A DNA stretch of 64,000 nucleotides from an uncultured Sphingobacteriaceae bacterium (GCA_964454645.1 CAYVTM010000004.1:130165-194164); one strand, 5' to 3'; shown: positions 41,010-51,546, counted from the first letter of the stretch. Notes: a model not told the origin generated them from the letters alone. Translations and numbers: made by a program.

Positions 41010-43643
41010 ATGAAAAAAATATGTATACTGTTACTTTCAACAGCTCCATTGCTAAGTTTTGCGCAATATTATAAAGGAGTGCAAGCTTCCGAATTTGTTC
41101 AGGCTGCGGAAGAAGTTAAAATGAATCCCTTCCGGGAAACTCCCGAATTTATCAAATTGAAAAAAGATGCGCAGCCGGATGTGCAGGTATTCGAATCGTG
41201 GATGCAGGAACAGATAGGTTTAAGTACGTCCCGCTTTCAGTTGCAAAATGTTTCAAAAGCTGATGCTCTGGGATATACACACCATCGTTTTCAGCAAAAC
41301 ATAGGAGCTGTACCCATAGAATGGGCAACGGTTATAGCGCATACTTATGCCGGGAAGATACAATCGGTAAACGGTAAGCTTTATAGAGATATTGACATTC
41401 AAAACAATGTCAGCCTGACAAAGGAAGATGCATTTGCGAAAGCGATACAAGTCATCGGAGCTGCATCCTATAAATGGGAACGCAAAGCCGAAGAAGCTTT
41501 GTTAAAAGAAAAATTAAACAAGCCCGGCTTTTCTTACGATCCTACAATCGAATTGGTTTTGTTACCGGTTGATGAATCATCTTCTGTCCTGAATTATGCG
41601 TATAAGATTGATATGTATGCACATGAACCCGACGGCCGTTGGGATGTATATGTTGATGCATCTGCGGGGGTAATCTTACTGAAGATAGAACGTATGTGTA
41701 CGATTGATGTAAAAGGTACTGCACACACAAAATATCATGGGGTATTGGATATAATGACTGACAGTATTTCCACCAATGTATTTCGCTTGAAAGAAACCAA
41801 CCGTAGCGGAAGAGGGATGCAGATAGAAACCTTAGACTGTAACAAAGGAGATGAAAGCGATGCGGTAGATTTTGTGGATGATGATAATGTATGGAACAAT
41901 GTGAATGCTAACTTCGACGAAGCTGCAACCGATTGTCATATTGGTGCCGGGCTTACATACGATTATTTTTACGATAGTTTAGGGCGTGATAGTTATGACG
42001 ATCAGGGTTCTAAATTATTGCAATTTGTACATTATGATAACGGATGGTTCAACGCGCAATGGACGGGTTCTTATTCCCGTTACGGAGATGGAATAAACGC
42101 TCCTTTAACTTCTATTGATATTGTATCGCATGAAATTTCTCATGGTATTACTCAGGAAACTGCCGGATTAATTTACCGCAGCGAATCGGGAGCCTTGAAC
42201 GAATCATTCAGTGATATTTTTGGAACCGTAGTTGAGTTTAATCAATTACCGAATTCTGCTTCCTGGATTATCGGAACAAGGAATTTTAGCCTAAGAAATA
42301 TGGCTAGTCCGAATGATTTCCAAAATCCTGATACCTATGGTGGAGCTTTTTGGACGGATACTAAAAACTGTATCCCTTCCAATGTAAACGATTGGTGTGG
42401 TGTGCACAACAATAGTGGTGTGCAAAATTTTTGGTTTTATTTATTGGCTAATGGTGGTTCAGGAACGAACGATTTAGGGAATGTTTATTCAGTAGATTCG
42501 TTGGGTATGAGTGTGGCTGCAAAAATAACCTATAGAAGCTTATCTGTTTATTTAACTCAAACATCCGATTATGCAGATGCCCGTTTTTATTCTATACAAG
42601 CAGCTATCGATTTGTACGGAGAAGACTCTAAACAACACCAGGCCGTAGCTAATGCATGGTATGCCGTAGGTGTGGGCAAACCTTATAGCTTTATCCCTAT
42701 TGCTGATTTCTATGTTGAAGAATTAAAATGTACTCCTAACTCGGTTGTTCGTTTCATAAATGTTAGCGGTAGCGCCAATAGTTATCATTGGGATTTCGGA
42801 GACGGAGCTACATCCATAGCAGAAAGTCCGCTACATCAATATACTCAGGTAGGCTCGTACGATGTTACATTAATAGCAACGAATAATAATGGATCAGATA
42901 CCATGCATATTTTGAATGCTGTAAATATATTCACCGATAAACCGCTTGTAAGTACATGCAATACAACCACCGCAGCTCCTTATGGAACCACCGGAATTTA
43001 TCGCGTACAATTTGCCGATTTAGATAATCCTTCCGAGAGTCCTGGCAATGAAAACCCTTATATGGATTTTAATTGTTACCGGGCATTGGTGGGGGCAGGG
43101 GAAACCTATCCGATTACGGTAACTACTTACCATGCTACACCGGTATTTACACGTGTATGGATAGATTATAACAACGATGGAAATTTTATTTTCCCTGATG
43201 AACTGGCTTTCAGTTCAGATAATACCATACAAACTCATACCGGTGATATCACTATTCCTTTGACAGCTGTTACAAATGTACCTTTGCGTATGCGTGTCAC
43301 TTCGGCAAGGCCGATTAACAATACGCCTGATAATCCATGCGGGCTTATTCGCAGCGGTCAGGTGGAAGATTATAGTGTTGTAATTTCGCCGGCTGCTTCG
43401 GTTCAACAAATATCGACACTGCAGGCAAAAGTGTATCCCAATCCCACACAAGGAAATTTATATATTGAAAGTGATGAAGATTATTTACAGTTGAAAATTA
43501 CAAATCTGCTTGGCTCAATCATCTATGAAGAGTCTTTTAGCAGAACCACAGAAATTGATACCCGTTTATTTTCTAAAGGAATTTATATTGTTTATATAAA
43601 CTCCGATCGAAAACAACACATACAAAAAATTAGTGTTGAGTAA
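41010..43643 (+). CDS. secreted M4 (thermolysin-like) metalloprotease with PKD-like domain and T9SS C-terminal sorting domain
   Basis: Signal peptide MKKICILLLSTAPLLSFAQ. Zinc motif HEISHG plus downstream ESFSD (the M4 HExxH...ExxxD). PKD-like WDFGDGATS. C-terminal KVYPNPTQGNLYIES...GIYIVYI resembles a T9SS CTD. Confidence 0.85.
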   Translation: MKKICILLLSTAPLLSFAQYYKGVQASEFVQAAEEVKMNPFRETPEFIKLKKDAQPDVQVFESWMQEQIGLSTSRFQLQNVSKADALGYTHHRFQQNIGAVPIEWATVIAHTYAGKIQSVNGKLYRDIDIQNNVSLTKEDAFAKAIQVIGAASYKWERKAEEALLKEKLNKPGFSYDPTIELVLLPVDESSSVLNYAYKIDMYAHEPDGRWDVYVDASAGVILLKIERMCTIDVKGTAHTKYHGVLDIMTDSISTNVFRLKETNRSGRGMQIETLDCNKGDESDAVDFVDDDNVWNNVNANFDEAATDCHIGAGLTYDYFYDSLGRDSYDDQGSKLLQFVHYDNGWFNAQWTGSYSRYGDGINAPLTSIDIVSHEISHGITQETAGLIYRSESGALNESFSDIFGTVVEFNQLPNSASWIIGTRNFSLRNMASPNDFQNPDTYGGAFWTDTKNCIPSNVNDWCGVHNNSGVQNFWFYLLANGGSGTNDLGNVYSVDSLGMSVAAKITYRSLSVYLTQTSDYADARFYSIQAAIDLYGEDSKQHQAVANAWYAVGVGKPYSFIPIADFYVEELKCTPNSVVRFINVSGSANSYHWDFGDGATSIAESPLHQYTQVGSYDVTLIATNNNGSDTMHILNAVNIFTDKPLVSTCNTTTAAPYGTTGIYRVQFADLDNPSESPGNENPYMDFNCYRALVGAGETYPITVTTYHATPVFTRVWIDYNNDGNFIFPDELAFSSDNTIQTHTGDITIPLTAVTNVPLRMRVTSARPINNTPDNPCGLIRSGQVEDYSVVISPAASVQQISTLQAKVYPNPTQGNLYIESDEDYLQLKITNLLGSIIYEESFSRTTEIDTRLFSKGIYIVYINSDRKQHIQKISVE

Positions 43644-43646
43644 AAA

Positions 43647-43690
43647 ATAGCCAACCCCAAACTCTCATCTAAGAGTTTGGGGTTGGCTAT
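43647..43690 (+). terminator. 19-bp perfect hairpin after the M4 protease gene (terminator without a clear T-tract)
   Basis: ATAGCCAACCCCAAACTCT / AGAGTTTGGGGTTGGCTAT with a 6-nt loop, starting 4 nt after the stop. Confidence 0.6.
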
Positions 43691-43742
43691 ATCATGTTAT
43701 TTCGAATCATTTTTCTTTTTTAATCGTAGCGTTTCAAATGTT

Positions 43743-43758
43743 TGGCATACCCCTTGAA
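43743..43758 (+). promoter_or_regulatory. sigma-54-like -24/-12 element (TGGCA-N6-TTGA) upstream of lon
   Basis: TGGCATACCCCTTGAA lies 80 nt before the lon ATG, with the same register as the clpB element. Confidence 0.25.
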
Positions 43759-43837
43759 CCTATTAAGGGATATATAAAATATAGGCTATACAGGTAGTTC
43801 GTTCTGCCATTATGGCTATCTAAAAACGAAGAGATAT

Positions 43838-46309
43838 ATGAGTATTTTTGATCCATTCAAAATAAATCAGCTGGATTCCAGCTTTATAAACGACGATACG
43901 GAGTTTTTTCCCTTACTGACATCGGAAGATGAAGAAGCGATGAATACGGAGGAAATGCCTGAAGTTTTGTCAATACTGCCTTTGCGAAATACCGTTTTAT
44001 TTCCGGGTGTTGTTATTCCTATTACCGTAGGTCGCGATAAGTCGATAAAATTGATACGCGATGCTTATAAAGGAAGTAAAATTATTGGCGTGGTTGCACA
44101 GAAAGATACTTCCATAGAAGACCCTATCTATGAAGATCTGCAGCAAGTGGGGACGGTAGCATATATCGTTAAGATGTTGCAAATGCCTGATGGAAATACT
44201 ACTGTCATTATTCAAGGGAAAAGACGTTTCAATCTGAATGAATTAATTCAAACCGAGCCTTATTTCAAAGCAAGAGTTTTGCCTTTTGTAGAGCAAAAGC
44301 TTGTTAAGGATAAGGAGTTTAATGCGCTGGTGGCATCTTTAAAAGAGATGTCGGTGCAGATTATTCAATTGTCACAAAACATCCCTTCCGAAGCCGCTTT
44401 TGCGATTAAGAATATCGAGAGCCCTTCTTTCCTGATAAACTTTATCAGCTCCAATATGAATGCAGATCTGAATGAAAAGCAACGCATGCTGGAAGTTTCA
44501 GACTTGCGTCAACGTGCGCAAATGTTGCTCGAGCATCTCACAAAGGAGTTGCAAATGTTGGAATTGAAAAATCAAATTCAATCGAAAGTACGTACCGATA
44601 TCGATCGCCAGCAGAGAGAATATTTCTTACACCAACAGTTGAAACAAATTCAAGAGGAGTTGGGTACCGATAATCCGGACTTGGAAATAGAGAATCTTCG
44701 TGAGAAAGGATTAGAGAAAAAATGGTCGGCAGAAGTTGCGGAAACTTTTAACAAAGAGCTGGATAAGTTACAACGCATGAATCCGGCAGCTGCGGAATAC
44801 TCCGTTGTATTGAACTATGTAGAGCTCTTGTTGGAACTGCCCTGGAATGAATATACCATTGACCATTTCGATTTAAAGAAAGCTCAGAAAATATTGGATA
44901 CCGATCATTTTGGTTTGGAAAAAGTAAAAGCAAGAATACTTGAGTACATTGCTGTTCTCAAACTCAAGCACAATATGAAGGCGCCTATCCTTTGTTTGGT
45001 CGGTCCTCCGGGAGTAGGTAAAACATCCTTGGGGAAATCCATTGCCAAAGCGGTGGGTAGAAAATATGTACGGATGGCTTTGGGAGGTATTCGCGATGAA
45101 GCGGATATTCGCGGACATCGTAAAACCTATATCGGTGCCATGCCGGGACGTATTATTCAGTCCTTGAAAAAAGCGCAATCGGCAAATCCTGTGTTTGTAT
45201 TAGACGAGATCGATAAGGTTGGCAATGATTTTCGTGGAGACCCTTCTTCTGCCTTGTTGGAAGTACTCGACCCCGAACAAAATAATGCTTTCTACGATCA
45301 TTATGTAGAACTCGATTTCGATTTGTCGAATGTTATGTTTATTGCTACTGCCAACTCATTAAGTAATATCCATCCTGCATTACGCGACCGTATGGAGATT
45401 ATTGAAGTGAATGGATATACCATTGAGGAAAAAGTAGAGATTGCCAAAAATTATTTGATACCGAAGCAACGTGAAGCACATGGATTAAAGCTTCAGGATA
45501 TCAGTATTAAATCTGATGTGATTGAGAAAATTGCTGAAGATTATACGCGGGAGTCCGGGGTCAGGGGCCTGGAGAAAAAAATTGCAACGGTTGTGCGTGG
45601 TATTGCTAAGAAAGTAGCTCTTGAAGAAAGTTACAATCCGCAGTTAACGAAAACTGATGTTGAGACGATTTTGGGTCCACCTGAATTTGATAAGGATATG
45701 TATCAGGGGAATGAAACTGCCGGTGTGGTTACCGGTTTGGCATGGACTTCTGTTGGTGGAGATATTTTATTTATTGAAGCGAGTATTAGCCCGGGCAAAG
45801 GTAAATTAACCCTCACCGGAAATTTGGGCGATGTAATGAAAGAATCGGCTGTAATTGCGCTTGCCTATTTACGTGCCAATGCTGCAAAATTCAATATCGA
45901 TCCGCGTTTGTTCGACCGTTGGGATTTACACGTCCATGTTCCTGCGGGTGCCGTTCCTAAAGACGGCCCTTCGGCAGGTATCACGATGCTTACGGCACTT
46001 ACCTCGGTATTTACACAACGCAAAATAAAACCTTATCTGGCAATGACCGGAGAGATTACTCTACGCGGGAAAGTTTTACCGGTAGGTGGTATCAAAGAAA
46101 AAATATTAGCGGCTAAACGTGCGAATATTAAAGAGATTATCCTTTGTGAGAATAACAGGAAAGATATCGAAGAAATAAATCCACGTTATATCAAAGACTT
46201 GAAATTGAACTATGTATCGCAGATGTCTGAGGTGATTGATCTTGCTTTATTGAAAACGAAAGTGAAAGAGCCCATAGACCTTAAGGTTACAGATACCTTG
46301 AAAAACTAA
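43838..46309 (+). CDS. lon: endopeptidase La (Lon protease)
   Basis: LON N-domain ([20 protein letters not shown]), AAA+ Walker [10 protein letters not shown], and protease catalytic [11 protein letters not shown] with a downstream Lys ([13 protein letters not shown]). Confidence 0.95.
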   Translation: MSIFDPFKINQLDSSFINDDTEFFPLLTSEDEEAMNTEEMPEVLSILPLRNTVLFPGVVIPITVGRDKSIKLIRDAYKGSKIIGVVAQKDTSIEDPIYEDLQQVGTVAYIVKMLQMPDGNTTVIIQGKRRFNLNELIQTEPYFKARVLPFVEQKLVKDKEFNALVASLKEMSVQIIQLSQNIPSEAAFAIKNIESPSFLINFISSNMNADLNEKQRMLEVSDLRQRAQMLLEHLTKELQMLELKNQIQSKVRTDIDRQQREYFLHQQLKQIQEELGTDNPDLEIENLREKGLEKKWSAEVAETFNKELDKLQRMNPAAAEYSVVLNYVELLLELPWNEYTIDHFDLKKAQKILDTDHFGLEKVKARILEYIAVLKLKHNMKAPILCLVGPPGVGKTSLGKSIAKAVGRKYVRMALGGIRDEADIRGHRKTYIGAMPGRIIQSLKKAQSANPVFVLDEIDKVGNDFRGDPSSALLEVLDPEQNNAFYDHYVELDFDLSNVMFIATANSLSNIHPALRDRMEIIEVNGYTIEEKVEIAKNYLIPKQREAHGLKLQDISIKSDVIEKIAEDYTRESGVRGLEKKIATVVRGIAKKVALEESYNPQLTKTDVETILGPPEFDKDMYQGNETAGVVTGLAWTSVGGDILFIEASISPGKGKLTLTGNLGDVMKESAVIALAYLRANAAKFNIDPRLFDRWDLHVHVPAGAVPKDGPSAGITMLTALTSVFTQRKIKPYLAMTGEITLRGKVLPVGGIKEKILAAKRANIKEIILCENNRKDIEEINPRYIKDLKLNYVSQMSEVIDLALLKTKVKEPIDLKVTDTLKN

Positions 46310-46344
46310 GAGGAATAAGTGATTTTCGGATAAAAATATTGTAT

Positions 46345-46369
46345 AAAGGGACTCAATCGAGTCCTTTTT
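46345..46369 (+). terminator. rho-independent terminator after lon
   Basis: Stem GGACTC / GAGTCC with loop AATC, extended by A/T pairs, followed by TTTTT. Confidence 0.6.
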
Positions 46370-46453
46370 GCTTTTAGAAAAATATTTATCAGAGTATTCG
46401 AATATTTTACTCTTCGATTTTGTAAATTCGATTCACATTAAGTGAATTTTTGC

Positions 46454-46929
46454 ATGAAAGCATATACTATTGAAATTAAATGGGCATTGATATTCGTGCT
46501 TATGTCTTTTGTCTGGATGCTCCTGGAGAAGTTAACGGGTTTGCACAGTACTCATATTGATCAACATGCCATATATACAAATCTGGTGGCTATTCCTGCA
46601 ATTGCAATCTATATTTTTGCATTAAGGGATAAGCGTAAGAATTTTTATGAAGGAAAGATGTCGTATAAGCAAGGCTTTATTTCCGGATTAATTATTTCAT
46701 GTATCATAGCACTGATAAGCCCTTTTACACAGTTTGTGGTAAGTACAATAATAACACCCGAGTATTTTCCGAATGTAATTGCTTATGCGGTTGAATCCGG
46801 GAAGATGAATCAAGCGGAAGCGGAAGCCTATTTAATTTACGAAGCTACATGATGCAGGGCTTCTTCGGAGCATTGCTGATGGGAATATTGACCACTGCAA
46901 TTGTAGCATTCTTTATCCGGAAAAAATAA
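46454..46929 (+). pseudogene. DUF4199 family membrane protein, interrupted by a -1 frameshift near 46831-46833
   Basis: The listed ORF stops at 46852 (...AEAEAYLIYEAT*). The adjacent frame continues ...FNLRSYMMQGFFGALLMGILTTAIVAFFIRKK* (stop 46927-46929), which is the expected last TM helix of DUF4199. One extra T in the TTT run (TAT TT-A ATT -> TAT TTT AAT TTA) restores a single 158-codon ORF. Confidence 0.6.
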
Positions 46930-46943
46930 TTTATAAAATAAGG

Positions 46944-47969
46944 ATGCACATAGATTTACGAAGCGATACCGTAACACGCCCAAGCGCAGAGATGTTAGCT
47001 TTTATGATGAAAGCACCTCTGGGAGATGATGTATATGGAGAAGACCCTACCGTTAATGAATTAGAAAAGAGAACAGCAGCTTATTTCGGCTTTGAGGCGG
47101 GAATGTTTTGTCCTTCGGGAACGATGACCAATCAGGTTGCCATTAAAACGCATACTATTCCGGGGGATGAAGTTATCTGTGATTATACTTCGCATGTATA
47201 TAATTACGAAGGAGGAGGAATGGCTTTTAATTCGGGCGTACAGGTAAGAGCGGTCCATGGTGAGCGAGGCAGAATAACAGCGAAAGATGTGTTGGATAAT
47301 ATTCAACCCGAAGCAATTAACCTTCCGCGTACTTCACTGGTAAGTATCGAAAATACATTAAACAAAGCCGGAGGTTCATTCTATACACTTAACAGGATTA
47401 AAGAAATTTCAGAAGCATGTAAGCAACAGAAACTGGCGCTTCATTTGGATGGTGCCCGTGTGTTTAATGCATTGATTGAAACGGGAGAAAATGCAAGCGA
47501 TTATGCGGAATATTTCGATAGTATATCGGTCTGCTTTTCAAAAAGTATGGGAGCTCCGGTGGGCTCTGTATTGGTGGGAAGTGCCGACTTTATTAAATCT
47601 GCGCGCAGGTATCGCCGCTTATTGGGTGGAGGAATGCGGCAAGCCGGAGTGCTTGCTGCTGCTGCGTTGTATGCCCTAGGACATAATATAAGCCGGTTAA
47701 AAGAAGACCATCAGCGTGCGAAAGAAATTGCAAAAGTACTGAGCAGTCAATCCTATGTAGAAGAATTAGTTCCGGTAGAAACCAATATTGTTATCTTCAA
47801 ACTGAAAGAAGATATGCCTGTCGATCGCTTTATCCATCAACTGAAGGGGAAAAATATACTTGCTAATGCTATGGGTAAACAAACCATGCGTTTCGTTACT
47901 CATCTCGATTTTAATGATGAGATGTTAGGACTGCTGAAACAGGCTCTCTCCGAAATTAAACACGAATAG
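46944..47969 (+). CDS. ltaE: low-specificity L-threonine aldolase (PLP-dependent)
   Basis: N-terminus [13 protein letters not shown]...M....[15 protein letters not shown] is typical of the threonine aldolase family. The Schiff-base Lys is in [11 protein letters not shown]. Confidence 0.85.
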   Translation: MHIDLRSDTVTRPSAEMLAFMMKAPLGDDVYGEDPTVNELEKRTAAYFGFEAGMFCPSGTMTNQVAIKTHTIPGDEVICDYTSHVYNYEGGGMAFNSGVQVRAVHGERGRITAKDVLDNIQPEAINLPRTSLVSIENTLNKAGGSFYTLNRIKEISEACKQQKLALHLDGARVFNALIETGENASDYAEYFDSISVCFSKSMGAPVGSVLVGSADFIKSARRYRRLLGGGMRQAGVLAAAALYALGHNISRLKEDHQRAKEIAKVLSSQSYVEELVPVETNIVIFKLKEDMPVDRFIHQLKGKNILANAMGKQTMRFVTHLDFNDEMLGLLKQALSEIKHE

Positions 47970-48015
47970 ATTTCAGAAGAATCTGAATTTGTATCTTTGG
48001 TGAAAATTTATCAGC

Positions 48016-49266
48016 ATGAATATTTCTTTTGAGCATACTGTACTCGAACGCTTTTTACGTTATGTGCAAATCGATACACAATCGGATCCGGCATCCGATA
48101 CCTGTCCATCTACCGAAAAACAAAAAAATCTGGGAAGACTATTAGCTGAAGAGCTTATTGCGATGGGTATCTCAGATGCGCACCTGGATGAACATGGCTA
48201 TGTATATGCAACCATTCCTTCCAATACCGATAAACAAGTCCCGGTAATTTGTTTTTGTTCGCACATGGATACCTCTCCCGATTGTTCGGGAGAACATGTG
48301 AACCCCATCGTTCATAAAAAGTACGACGGAAAGGATATCATACTTCCGATGGATACATCGCAGGTGATTCGTTTTTCCGAACATCCTGATTTGTCGGCAC
48401 AAATCGGAAACGATATTGTAACTGCTGATGGAACTACGTTATTGGGTGCAGATAATAAAGCAGGAGTAGCGGAAATTATGGATGCTGCTTATTTCTTCAT
48501 GCAACATCCTGAAATTAAACACGGTGCTATTCGCATTCTTTTTACTCCTGATGAAGAGATTGGGCGTGGGGTTGATAAAGTGGATATTGAAAAGTTAGCT
48601 GCCGATTTCGCTTATACGATTGATGGGGAAAGCCTTGGTCATGTTGAAGATGAAACCTTTTCGGCAGATGGGCTGCAAATTATTGTTCGTGGCATTTCCA
48701 CTCATCCCGGGTTTGCCAAAGGTAAAATGGTGAATGCTATAAAAGTTGCTTCGGAAATTTTAAATGCTTTGCCTAAAGATTCTTTGTCGCCCGAGACTAC
48801 TGAAAAACGTGAAGGGTTTATGCATCCGACAGGAATGAGCGGTACGATGGAACAATGCACCCTCAGTTTTATTATCCGCGATTTTGAGGATGATAAACTT
48901 GTGGAATATGAAGAAATGCTTCGGGCAATCTGTAAAAGCGTTATTGACAAATATCCCGGAGCTGCTTTTGAGTTTAAGGTACAGCAACAGTATAGAAATA
49001 TGAAAAAGATAGTGGATCAACATCCGCAAATTATGGACTATGCGATGCAAGCCATCGAACGTGCAGGATTGAAAGCCGTAAGGGGAGGAATACGGGGAGG
49101 GACGGACGGTTCGCGCTTGTCGTATATGGGATTGCCATGCCCGAATATCTTTGCAGGCGAGCATGCGTTCCATTCCAAACTCGAATGGGTATCGGTACAG
49201 GATATGGAAAAAGCTATGCAAACTATTGTGCATTTAGCGATGCTTTGGGAGGAAGGAGCGGAATAA
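48016..49266 (+). CDS. pepT: peptidase T (tripeptide aminopeptidase, M20B)
   Basis: RFLRYVQIDTQSD, metal ligands in CSHMDTSPD and LLGADNKAGVAEIM, then DEEIGRG. Length 416 aa. Confidence 0.9.
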   Translation: MNISFEHTVLERFLRYVQIDTQSDPASDTCPSTEKQKNLGRLLAEELIAMGISDAHLDEHGYVYATIPSNTDKQVPVICFCSHMDTSPDCSGEHVNPIVHKKYDGKDIILPMDTSQVIRFSEHPDLSAQIGNDIVTADGTTLLGADNKAGVAEIMDAAYFFMQHPEIKHGAIRILFTPDEEIGRGVDKVDIEKLAADFAYTIDGESLGHVEDETFSADGLQIIVRGISTHPGFAKGKMVNAIKVASEILNALPKDSLSPETTEKREGFMHPTGMSGTMEQCTLSFIIRDFEDDKLVEYEEMLRAICKSVIDKYPGAAFEFKVQQQYRNMKKIVDQHPQIMDYAMQAIERAGLKAVRGGIRGGTDGSRLSYMGLPCPNIFAGEHAFHSKLEWVSVQDMEKAMQTIVHLAMLWEEGAE

Positions 49267-49313
49267 TATAATAATAAATGGAAAAAGGTATCTATCTGAA
49301 TTGCAATAAAAAT

Positions 49314-49343
49314 AAAAAAGAGTTCCGATCGGAACTCTTTTTT
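49314..49343 (+). terminator. rho-independent terminator after pepT
   Basis: Palindrome AAAAAGAGTTCC GATC GGAACTCTTTTT followed by TG. Confidence 0.7.
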
Positions 49344-49491
49344 GTCCAATTTGGTTTGAAGTTCCTTTTCAAAGTTTTTTATCTTTACAACATCAAAATG
49401 CTAATGAGGGAAATGGTTGAACACAGCTATTGATTATATAAGGGTTATATTATCTTTATATAATCAACAACAAACCTAAAACTTGAATGCT

Positions 49492-50608
49492 ATGAAAAAA
49501 ATATCACCTTCTTAGTTTGTTCTGTATTATTATTTACCACGTGCAAAAAAGCAGAATTTGAACACAACTCCGTAAAAAATATTTCTGCAAATAGAATATA
49601 TGCCGGAACCAATCTTACTGAACTAACTTCTCCTATTATTGATTATATTGAGGAGAATGCCGATGTTAATGATCGCAACATAGATGGATTGATGTATCTC
49701 ATCGGATTATGCTTTAATGAAATATGTAGTGACCAAGAACTGGTCGATGAAATAATTCAACTGGTATTGATCACAGAAACCGATGAGAATGAGGTTTCTG
49801 TTGCTTATTTGATGTCTCAACTGCCCGAAGTAGAAACTATTGTAACTACCTCTATAATAATTCTACCGATTTTTCAACTTTAGCCGAGGGGATGGTGTAC
49901 AACGGAGTAGATTATTTTCCTACATTATATGTTCCTAATGTAAGAGCAGGGCATCCTAGTAGACCCGTTGTTGCATTAGGGTTTGGATATGAAACTGACG
50001 ATGAAGTAGAATATATACCAGGGTGGATATTCGACGATGTGTCGTTACAAAATATAGAAATACTGATTAATGAAGATGAAGCGGACAATATTGAAGCGCC
50101 TGTTTTTATTATATCTAACGCAACACTTCATGAAGAAGAAGGTGAAGAATCACCCGAGTTGGATGATCATGGAGAGCATCAAGGGTTTCAAAGACCTGTT
50201 GTAAACGGAGAGGCAGTGATCACATGTTATAAAATAGCACACAGATACGAAACTGATAGCCGTTCAAATTACCGCTATTCTATACGTGCCTATTGCTCGG
50301 GTGGAATGCATAAAAATCCCCCAAAAGGAATACAAATTGCCAATATTCACAAGAATGATATCAATGTAGGTTTTTTTAATCAAAATAAAGAATTGGAATA
50401 TCTTGCAGCAAGTGGAACACTGTATGGTTTGTATGGTGCTACTTTTGAGTACGACTGGTATGCTTCCAACCAAACAGTAATCTTTGATTATAAGTCATTC
50501 AAATTGCGGATGAAATATAGTCACGAATACTACCAGTTGTTTTATATACCAAAAGACTATTTTAAAACTTTTTCCAGTAAAGGATATATTTGTATCGATT
50601 TCGATTAA
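49492..50608 (+). pseudogene. unknown lipoprotein gene, apparently split into three reading-frame segments by two -1 shifts
   Basis: ATG 49492 is followed by an A7 run (49495-49501) and hits a stop after 7 codons. With A8 it would read MKKNITFLVCSVLLFTTCKK (ideal lipoprotein signal) in frame with the frame-3 ORF open from 49464 to 49883. A second -1 shift somewhere in 49793-49883 (candidate: T5 run 49870-49874) would join it to the 238-aa ORF 49892-50608. No recognisable domain. Confidence 0.4.
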
Positions 50609-51274
50609 ATGCTGAAAATAAAGATTGTCTTATCTCTTCTGATGTGTTTCCCGTGCTTGTGTGAGGCACAATCCGTTCAGTACGGAGCAATAGGTGGGAT
50701 TAATTATTCTTGGAGTTATGCTCCTGTCAGTCGGCTGACTTTTGATCCTGCCCTTGGATATACAGTTGGAATTTCGCTGCGGATTCCTGTTACTACAAGA
50801 GCAGATTTTACGTTATTACCTGCATTCAGCACTGTTGGTTCTAAAAATCAGTTAGATTACTTTAATACACAAGGAAAACCAGTGAATGAACAGGTTTCCT
50901 TCCTTTCGCTTAATTACTTGCAAATGCCTAGCATTTTTTCATTTCATTTTCCGCAATGGAATGTGGCAGTAAGAGCCGGATGCTCATATTCTTATTTACT
51001 TTCGGGGACAAAAAGTTATTCCCTTTATACAAATAATAAGATCGAAACCTATAAGGTATCGGTTTTCGATACTACGCAAGCCCCTTTCAATAATGACGCT
51101 GCCCGACATCATCATTTTTCCATAGTTGCAGGTATTGCTTATGCTATAAAAGGATTTCCTCAAAACCGTACAACAGTTTCGGTCGATTATGATTATGGTC
51201 TGTCATCTGTTTTTGATAATACCAGAATCCTCAACAGGTGCTTATCTGTTAAGCTCTGTTATTTGTTTAATTGA
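50609..51274 (+). CDS. small outer-membrane beta-barrel (porin-family/OMP_b-brl_2-like) protein
   Basis: 221 aa with a signal peptide (...CLCEAQS), alternating beta-strand pattern, and C-terminal ...LSVKLCYLFN. Its ATG directly abuts the upstream TAA. Confidence 0.6.
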   Translation: MLKIKIVLSLLMCFPCLCEAQSVQYGAIGGINYSWSYAPVSRLTFDPALGYTVGISLRIPVTTRADFTLLPAFSTVGSKNQLDYFNTQGKPVNEQVSFLSLNYLQMPSIFSFHFPQWNVAVRAGCSYSYLLSGTKSYSLYTNNKIETYKVSVFDTTQAPFNNDAARHHHFSIVAGIAYAIKGFPQNRTTVSVDYDYGLSSVFDNTRILNRCLSVKLCYLFN

Positions 51275-51502
51275 TTATTGTGTTATGAATCTATTTGAGA
51301 ATCGTTAGGGTGGTTGCAATTCCAGATAGTTTGTTAATCGTATGCATTCGATTTTATCTTAGGTGCATAATTTATGCTATAAAACTAGAATACGGTTTTA
51401 TTTGCGTTCGAACTTATTCGTGGTTGAGAACAAAATTAGGAATCAAAACATTTTCATTGTATTCCCTATTGCGGAATTTGGGTTTAATTATAGGGATTTA
51501 TG

Positions 51503-51546
51503 ACAAAAAAAGACCTCTCTACGAAAAAAAATATAGAGAAGTCTTT
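51503..51546 (-). terminator. terminator after tRNA-Leu
   Basis: On the - strand: AGACTTCTCTA ... TAGAGAGGTCT (one mismatch) followed by T8. Confidence 0.55.

Noticed and set aside
46418-46447. A short palindrome, TTCACATTAAGTGAA, just upstream of the DUF4199 gene.
   Set aside because: It has only 5-bp arms in AT-rich DNA, which is well within chance expectation.
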